Shown: positions 38,323 to 42,279 of the stretch, in pieces
Layout: the number at the start of each line of letters is the position of its first letter
Numbering within the stretch: position 1 is the stretch's first letter
Origin: Longicatena sp.
GTDB lineage: Bacteria; Bacillota_I; Bacilli_A; Erysipelotrichales; Erysipelotrichaceae
Length of the DNA stretch: 42,279 nucleotides
Direction: 5' to 3'
NCBI GenBank assembly: GCA_020025055.1
Contig: JAHHST010000001.1
Coordinates: 1 to 42,279, forward strand
Position numbers and translations under genes: made by a program
Notes under the pieces: generated by a model
What the model was told of the DNA's origin: nothing
The model's database searches: none
What the model saw: the letters and a program-made list of their open reading frames with translations, nothing else

Positions 38323-38694
38323 TCAATCCTCCTTTCTATGTAAAAATACATATATAAGAATTGCCCCTTTATGAAGTAATATCCCTATAAAAAGAGCTAT
38401 AATATTAACTCCTTCATAAGCTGCTAATAAGAATACCACAGTATATATAGCATATCGCTGTATATAACTTGCGCTTCCTTTTGCCTTCGCATTTCCATAC
38501 AATTCAATACGACGAGTCATATTCGTAATCATAGAAAACCCAATAATTCCAGTAAGTGCCCCAATGATAATACCAATTCCAATCACTTTAAATTGACCAT
38601 GAAAGATAAGAATAGAAAGACCACTAACAATGAAAGCAAGTGCTAATGTAAGCCGACGAATTTCTTTTCCCATTTGTGAAACTTCATCCATCAT
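38323..38694 (-). CDS. atpI: ATP synthase protein I
   Basis: A 123-aa four-helix membrane protein directly upstream of atpB. Its size, position and hydrophobic pattern fit AtpI. Confidence 0.7.
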   Translation of the reverse strand: MMDEVSQMGKEIRRLTLALAFIVSGLSILIFHGQFKVIGIGIIIGALTGIIGFSMITNMTRRIELYGNAKAKGSASYIQRYAIYTVVFLLAAYEGVNIIALFIGILLHKGAILIYVFLHRKED

Positions 38695-38875
38695 GCTGAT
38701 CCCATCCTTTCATCAATAAATAGAAACTACTACCTATAGCGTACGCTAATAATAAGATTATCATAATGGGGGTTGTATGTAATTTTTGATCCAACCATAT
38801 ACCAATACAAACTGCCAAAATTGAACTTAGTAAAATCATCATCATAAAGCGTAACGCTTTATAATATTCTTTCAT
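38684..38875 (-). CDS. atpZ: AtpZ-like small membrane protein (putative FoF1-associated Mg2+/Ca2+ uptake protein)
   Basis: The pattern GIWLDQKLHTTPIMIILLLAYAIGSSFYLL fits the AtpZ family. I chose the ATG at 38875, 1 nt after the upp stop. The tracked ORF's first 11 codons overlap upp. Confidence 0.6.
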   Translation of the reverse strand: MKEYYKALRFMMMILLSSILAVCIGIWLDQKLHTTPIMIILLLAYAIGSSFYLLMKGWDQHDG

Positions 38876-38876
38876 T

Positions 38877-39497
38877 TTACTTTGTACCAAAAATACGATC
38901 TCCTGCATCTCCTAAACCTGGAACAATATATCCATGTTCATTTAATTTTTCATCAAGAGCTGCAAGATAAATATCCACTTCTGGATGTGCTTTTTCAACT
39001 GCACGCACACCTTCTGGTGCACCAACTAAACATACTAAACGAATATTTTTAGCGCCTTGTTTTTTCACCATATCAATTGCAGCAATTGCACTACCACCAG
39101 TTGCAAGCATTGGATCTACAATCATGACAACCGCATCTTTGATTTGTTTTGGATATTTTTCAAAATACGTATGTGGTTCTAAAGTTTCTTCATCACGATA
39201 CAATCCAACATGTGCAATTTTTACAGTAGGAATTAAATCACAAATTCCATTTACCATACCTAAACCAGCACGCAAAATAGGAACTAATACAATTTCTTTA
39301 GCTAATTCACTTGTTTTTGTTTTTGTAACAGGTGTTTCAATTTCAACTTCCCTTAAAGGAAAATCTCTTGAAATCTCATAAGCCATTAGTCCTGCAATTT
39401 CATCTAGATTTTGTCGAAAATCTTTTGTTCCTGTTTCCTTTTTACGCATTTGTGTTAATTTATGCGTAATTAAAGGATGCTCTAATACTTTTAACAT
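38877..39497 (-). CDS. upp: uracil phosphoribosyltransferase
   Basis: The HPLI.HKLT.MR N-terminus is reached from the ATG at 39497 (AAGGAG 7 nt upstream). PRPP motif [11 protein letters not shown] and C-terminal [11 protein letters not shown]. Confidence 0.95.
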   Translation of the reverse strand: MLKVLEHPLITHKLTQMRKKETGTKDFRQNLDEIAGLMAYEISRDFPLREVEIETPVTKTKTSELAKEIVLVPILRAGLGMVNGICDLIPTVKIAHVGLYRDEETLEPHTYFEKYPKQIKDAVVMIVDPMLATGGSAIAAIDMVKKQGAKNIRLVCLVGAPEGVRAVEKAHPEVDIYLAALDEKLNEHGYIVPGLGDAGDRIFGTK

Positions 39498-39557
39498 ATT
39501 TAATCTCCTTACTTTTTTTGCGATAATACTGTAACATATTTCGCATTCCTTGTAAGC

Positions 39558-39606
39558 AGACATTTTCTATAAAATGTCTAAATCTTACGTTGCTACCATT
39601 ATATCA
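39558..39606 (-). promoter_or_regulatory. upp-atp promoter (extended -10) and 5' leader hairpin
   Basis: Minus strand: TGATATAAT (39598-39606). About 20 nt downstream is a perfect 9-bp stem AGACATTTT-ATAG-AAAATGTCT (39558-39579) within a ~100-nt leader. No PyrR-type motif was seen. Confidence 0.45.
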
Positions 39607-39701
39607 TGGAAACTTTTTTTTTAAACTTCTTTCATATAATTTTTTATCACATATATTCCTATGTTTTGGGCATTTTTTTATATGATACGGCTTTCATAAA
39701 A

Positions 39702-40067
39702 TTAATTTTTATCAATAGATAAATATTTTCTAATGATAAATATAATTGCTACCGCAATTACCCCAATTAAATTTTCCATTGCATTGTCATGAGATAAGAT
39801 AATTTGTCTTGCTACTGCATACAATACTACTTCCATAACAGATTCAGGAGTATGTAACAGTAACATTTTGACAAATTCAATCGCAACTAAAATCGTTAAA
39901 ATAGCACTTAAAAACTGATCTAAATCAAAGGTTTGTAATAACATTGCTTTTGCATTTGTCAGCAAAAATACACATAATGTAACTATAATTCCAATAATTA
40001 ACACAAATGCAATCATATATTCAATCCATTGTACAAGTTTTAATAAATAATTATTTTTCTTTTCCAT
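39702..40067 (-). CDS. PsiE-like (phosphate-starvation-inducible E family) membrane protein
   Basis: 121 aa with 4 TM helices. The pattern ILVAIEFVKMLLLHTPESVMEVVLYAVARQII resembles the PsiE family core as I recall it. Confidence 0.55.
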   Translation of the reverse strand: MEKKNNYLLKLVQWIEYMIAFVLIIGIIVTLCVFLLTNAKAMLLQTFDLDQFLSAILTILVAIEFVKMLLLHTPESVMEVVLYAVARQIILSHDNAMENLIGVIAVAIIFIIRKYLSIDKN

Positions 40068-40081
40068 GCATTTCTCCTAAT

Positions 40082-40118
40082 AAAAAAAGGTTACAAGAAC
40101 TCATCGTTCATGCAACCT
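40082..40118 (-). terminator. strong rho-independent terminator after rpiB, abutting the psiE-like RBS
   Basis: Minus strand: AGGTTGCATGAAC-GATGA-GTTCTTGTAACCT followed by T7 (13-bp stem, one mismatch). The T-run ends 3 nt before the AGGAG of the next gene. Confidence 0.8.
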
Positions 40119-40127
40119 ACATCTTGT

Positions 40128-40568
40128 TTATTTTTCTAAAGCCATTAATTTATTAATACGACGTTGATGTCTTTCATCATTTGAGAAGTCTGTATTAATC
40201 CAAACACGAACGATTTCTTTCATTAATTCAACACCTAGAATACGTTGTCCCATTGCTAAAACGTTTGAATCATTATGTTCTCTAGTTAATTTAGCACTTA
40301 CTGGATCGTTGCATAATGCACAACGAATTCCTTTAATTTTATTTGCTGTAATACTTACACCAATTCCTGTTCCACAGATTACAATACCACGATCATTTTT
40401 TCCATCTGCTACAGATTGTGCTGCAGGTGCAGCATAATCAGGATAATCAACAGATGCTGTTGAATGACATCCAAAGTCTTCTACTTCATGTCCCATTTCT
40501 GTTAACATTTCTTTTACGATTTCTTTATATTCGAAAGCTCCATGATCACATGCTAATGCAATTTTCAT
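40128..40568 (-). CDS. rpiB: ribose-5-phosphate isomerase B
   Basis: MKIALACDHGAFEYK..., ICGTGIGVSITANK and TREHNDSNVLAMG motifs of RpiB/LacAB. I chose the ATG at 40568, after GGAGGA. Confidence 0.93.
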   Translation of the reverse strand: MKIALACDHGAFEYKEIVKEMLTEMGHEVEDFGCHSTASVDYPDYAAPAAQSVADGKNDRGIVICGTGIGVSITANKIKGIRCALCNDPVSAKLTREHNDSNVLAMGQRILGVELMKEIVRVWINTDFSNDERHQRRINKLMALEK

Positions 40569-40635
40569 TTTTAAATTCCTCCTATATTCATCTACATTTA
40601 CATTATACAATATTTTTTTATAATTCTATATGATT

Positions 40636-41250
40636 TTAGCATTTATTAACAACTTCCATGATTTCTTCTTTTGTAATTGCACCATCTCGTATAATATTTA
40701 ATTTTGAACTACTCATATCTACGATTGTACTTGCCATCGTTCCTGCTGGTGTTCCATTCACAATCGCATCAATTCTTCCATCTAGTTGTTCTAATACTTC
40801 TTCTGTTGTATTTCCTGGTTGTAATCCACTTAAATTTGCACTTGTAACAAGTAATGGTTTATTACATAAATGAATTAAATTTAAAATAAATTCATCATCA
40901 GGCATACGAATACCTACTGTATCTAATCCATTTGTAATATAATCTGGCAAATTTTCTTTCTTTTTTAAAATCATAGTAAATCCACCTGGCATAAATGCAT
41001 TTGCTAAACATTTTGCTTTTTCATCTACATATGCAATTGTTTCCATTTGTTCAATCGATGCAACCATAGTTGGAATTGGTTTATTTTCTGGTCTACCTTT
41101 GCTTTTTTTCAATGCATTTAATGCTTCTTCATTTTCATAAATAACTGCTAATCCATATACAGTGTCAGTTGGAAATGCTACTACTTTTCCTTCTTTTAAC
41201 AATTCAACAACTGTATGAATATCTTTTTTATCCAATCTTAACGTTTTCAT
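40636..41250 (-). CDS. tsaC: L-threonylcarbamoyladenylate synthase, YrdC-domain-only type (TsaC/YwlC)
   Basis: YrdC/Sua5 motifs VVAFPTDTVYGLA, VGIRMP, LLVTSANLSG and STIVD. The start is uncertain: ATG at 41250 chosen, with alternatives at 41265 and a TTG at 41295. It overlaps the 3' end of rqcP. Confidence 0.85.
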   Translation of the reverse strand: MKTLRLDKKDIHTVVELLKEGKVVAFPTDTVYGLAVIYENEEALNALKKSKGRPENKPIPTMVASIEQMETIAYVDEKAKCLANAFMPGGFTMILKKKENLPDYITNGLDTVGIRMPDDEFILNLIHLCNKPLLVTSANLSGLQPGNTTEEVLEQLDGRIDAIVNGTPAGTMASTIVDMSSSKLNIIRDGAITKEEIMEVVNKC

Positions 41251-41530
41251 ATTCACTCTGTCCATCTTCCTGTTTTTCAATTTTCTTTTCTTCAATCACT
41301 TCAAACATTAATGCTGCATCATTTTTACTTACTTGTTTTTGAATCATTAACACTCTTACAGTTAATTCACGATATCCAAATAAAATACGAATGATATCCC
41401 CAACTTTTACTTCTGTAGAAGGTTTTGCAACTCTTCCATTTACATATACACGTTGTTGATCTGCAAGTTCTTTGGAAACTGTTCGACGTTTTAAAATACG
41501 TGATGTCTTTAAATATTTATCTAATCTCAT
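41228..41530 (-). CDS. rqcP: S4-domain RNA-binding protein, RqcP/YabO (Hsp15-like) family
   Basis: MRLDKYLKTSRILKRRTVSKELADQQRVYVNGRVAKPSTEVKVGDII closely parallels B. subtilis YabO/RqcP as I recall it ([38 protein letters not shown]). Confidence 0.8.
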   Translation of the reverse strand: MRLDKYLKTSRILKRRTVSKELADQQRVYVNGRVAKPSTEVKVGDIIRILFGYRELTVRVLMIQKQVSKNDAALMFEVIEEKKIEKQEDGQSEYENVKIG

Positions 41531-41619
41531 AGTTCAATACTCAAACCCTTTCTAAAACATGCTTACATATTATCACAGTTATCAAAAAATACAATTCATA
41601 AAATTTTTTTAACAAAAAC

Positions 41620-41647
41620 AAAAAAAGGATGAGTTACCCCCATCCTT
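41620..41647 (-). terminator. rho-independent terminator of the surface-protein gene
   Basis: Minus strand: AAGGATGGGGGTAACTCATCCTT followed by TTTTTG. Confidence 0.8.
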
Positions 41648-41692
41648 ATATTAAAAATATTAATAAATGTTTAAAACATTCTTATTATTGTA

Positions 41693-42279
41693 CTACCCCA
41701 ATTTACGATGCTTCATCATTCGAACTACAACTGCCGCTGCACCTAACATTACGCTCCATAATAATGCTGTATTCGTTGAAATTCCTGTTACTGGTGTTTC
41801 TTCTTTATCAACATGATTTGGTTTTTCTGGTTTTGTTGTATCTATTGATGTAGATGGTTTTAATGGTTCCATCGGTACAACAGAGTTACTTGGTTCTAGC
41901 GGTATCATTGGAGTAACTGGTTTGCTTGGTTCAAGCGGTATCATTGGAATAATTGGCTTCGCTGGTTCCAATGGTGTTAAATTTGGATTTTCTTTTAATC
42001 CTTGCATTGCTTGTGTTAATGCTTCTTTTGCTGCATTCACTTCTTCTTGTGTTGCATTTTTGTTTGCATTTACTTCTTTTGCTTTCTTTAATGCTTCTTG
42101 ATATGCTTTCCAACTTGCTTTTGTATATGCATTTTCTTCTTTTGCAGGTTTTTTAGAAATTGCTGCTTCTAATGCATCTTTGTTTACAACTTCTTTTTTA
42201 TCTAACTCTGCAATTGCTTTTTCAATTGCTTCTGCCATTGCATCTACTTCTGCTTGTTTTGTGATATCTTTATCTTTTA
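41693..42279 (-). CDS. C-terminal part of a cell-surface protein (FIVAR-like helical module, Pro-rich repeats, C-terminal anchor); 5' end outside the window
   Basis: The frame stays open to the window edge (...KDKDITKQAEVDAMAEAIEK). A FIVAR-like module is present (YTKASWKAYQEALKKAKEVNANKNATQEEVNAAKEALTQAMQGL). There are 12-aa Pro-rich repeats (PMIPLEPSKPVT). The C-terminus is TPVTG + hydrophobic stretch + RMMKHRKLG, resembling a sortase sorting signal. Confidence 0.75.
   Translation of the reverse strand, partial: KDKDITKQAEVDAMAEAIEKAIAELDKKEVVNKDALEAAISKKPAKEENAYTKASWKAYQEALKKAKEVNANKNATQEEVNAAKEALTQAMQGLKENPNLTPLEPAKPIIPMIPLEPSKPVTPMIPLEPSNSVVPMEPLKPSTSIDTTKPEKPNHVDKEETPVTGISTNTALLWSVMLGAAAVVVRMMKHRKLG
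41860..41985 (-). repeat. imperfect ~36-bp tandem repeats (about 3.5 copies) encoding the Pro-rich spacer
   Basis: Plus strand: CTTGGTTCTAGCGGTATCATTGGAGTAACTGGTTTG (41889-41924) and CTTGGTTCAAGCGGTATCATTGGAATAATTGGCTTCG (41925-41961), with partial copies on both sides. Confidence 0.7.

Noticed and set aside
39498-39597. PyrR-type or other riboswitch in the ~100-nt upp leader
   Set aside because: A 9-bp hairpin is present, but it has no PyrR binding-loop motif (ARUCCAGAGAGG) and no following U-run. It is kept only as an unexplained leader hairpin.

Overview
Chromosomal segment of a low-GC (about 30% by eye) Gram-positive bacterium (Bacillota). It is probably a spore-forming anaerobe, but the taxon cannot be fixed without a database search. 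I call 47 protein genes and one pseudogene stub; 46 genes are on the minus strand and only rpoN is on plus. Reading the minus strand from high to low coordinates: (1) the 3' part of a wall-associated surface protein; (2) rqcP(yabO)-tsaC-rpiB; (3) a psiE-like membrane protein; (4) upp fused to a complete F1Fo ATP synthase operon (atpZ-atpI-atpBEFHAGDC) whose c subunit carries the Na+-binding signature; (5) rpoN (sigma-54) divergent from a IIB-levR operon, followed by a mannose-family PTS IIB-IIC-IID-HAD operon with a canonical -24/-12 promoter; (6) lepB, an acidic coiled-coil membrane protein and an O-antigen-ligase-family protein; (7) ywzB(DUF1146)-spoIID-spoIIQ-like-mreB/mbl-tagO; (8) a MazF/PemK-fold orphan; (9) spoIIE, tilS-hpt-ftsH and hslO-dusB; (10) a tight six-gene DUF134 / NifX-like / MinD-ferredoxin x2 / MBL / NifX-like operon of unknown function; (11) lysS behind a lysine (AAG) T-box leader; (12) an accessory edge with a class II Fic protein, a frameshifted hsdM stub and an unassignable 192-aa ORF. 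I saw no rRNA, tRNA, CRISPR array, IS element or phage genes. The best candidate for an undescribed system is the DUF134/NifX/MinD-ferredoxin operon (4318-7976) with its twin palindromic operators. Next are the self-contained sigma-54 cassette, the predicted Na+-coupled ATP synthase, the MazF-fold orphan and the decayed fic-hsdM locus. All family assignments come from motif recognition by eye. Promoter, operator and terminator calls are pattern matches, not computed scores.
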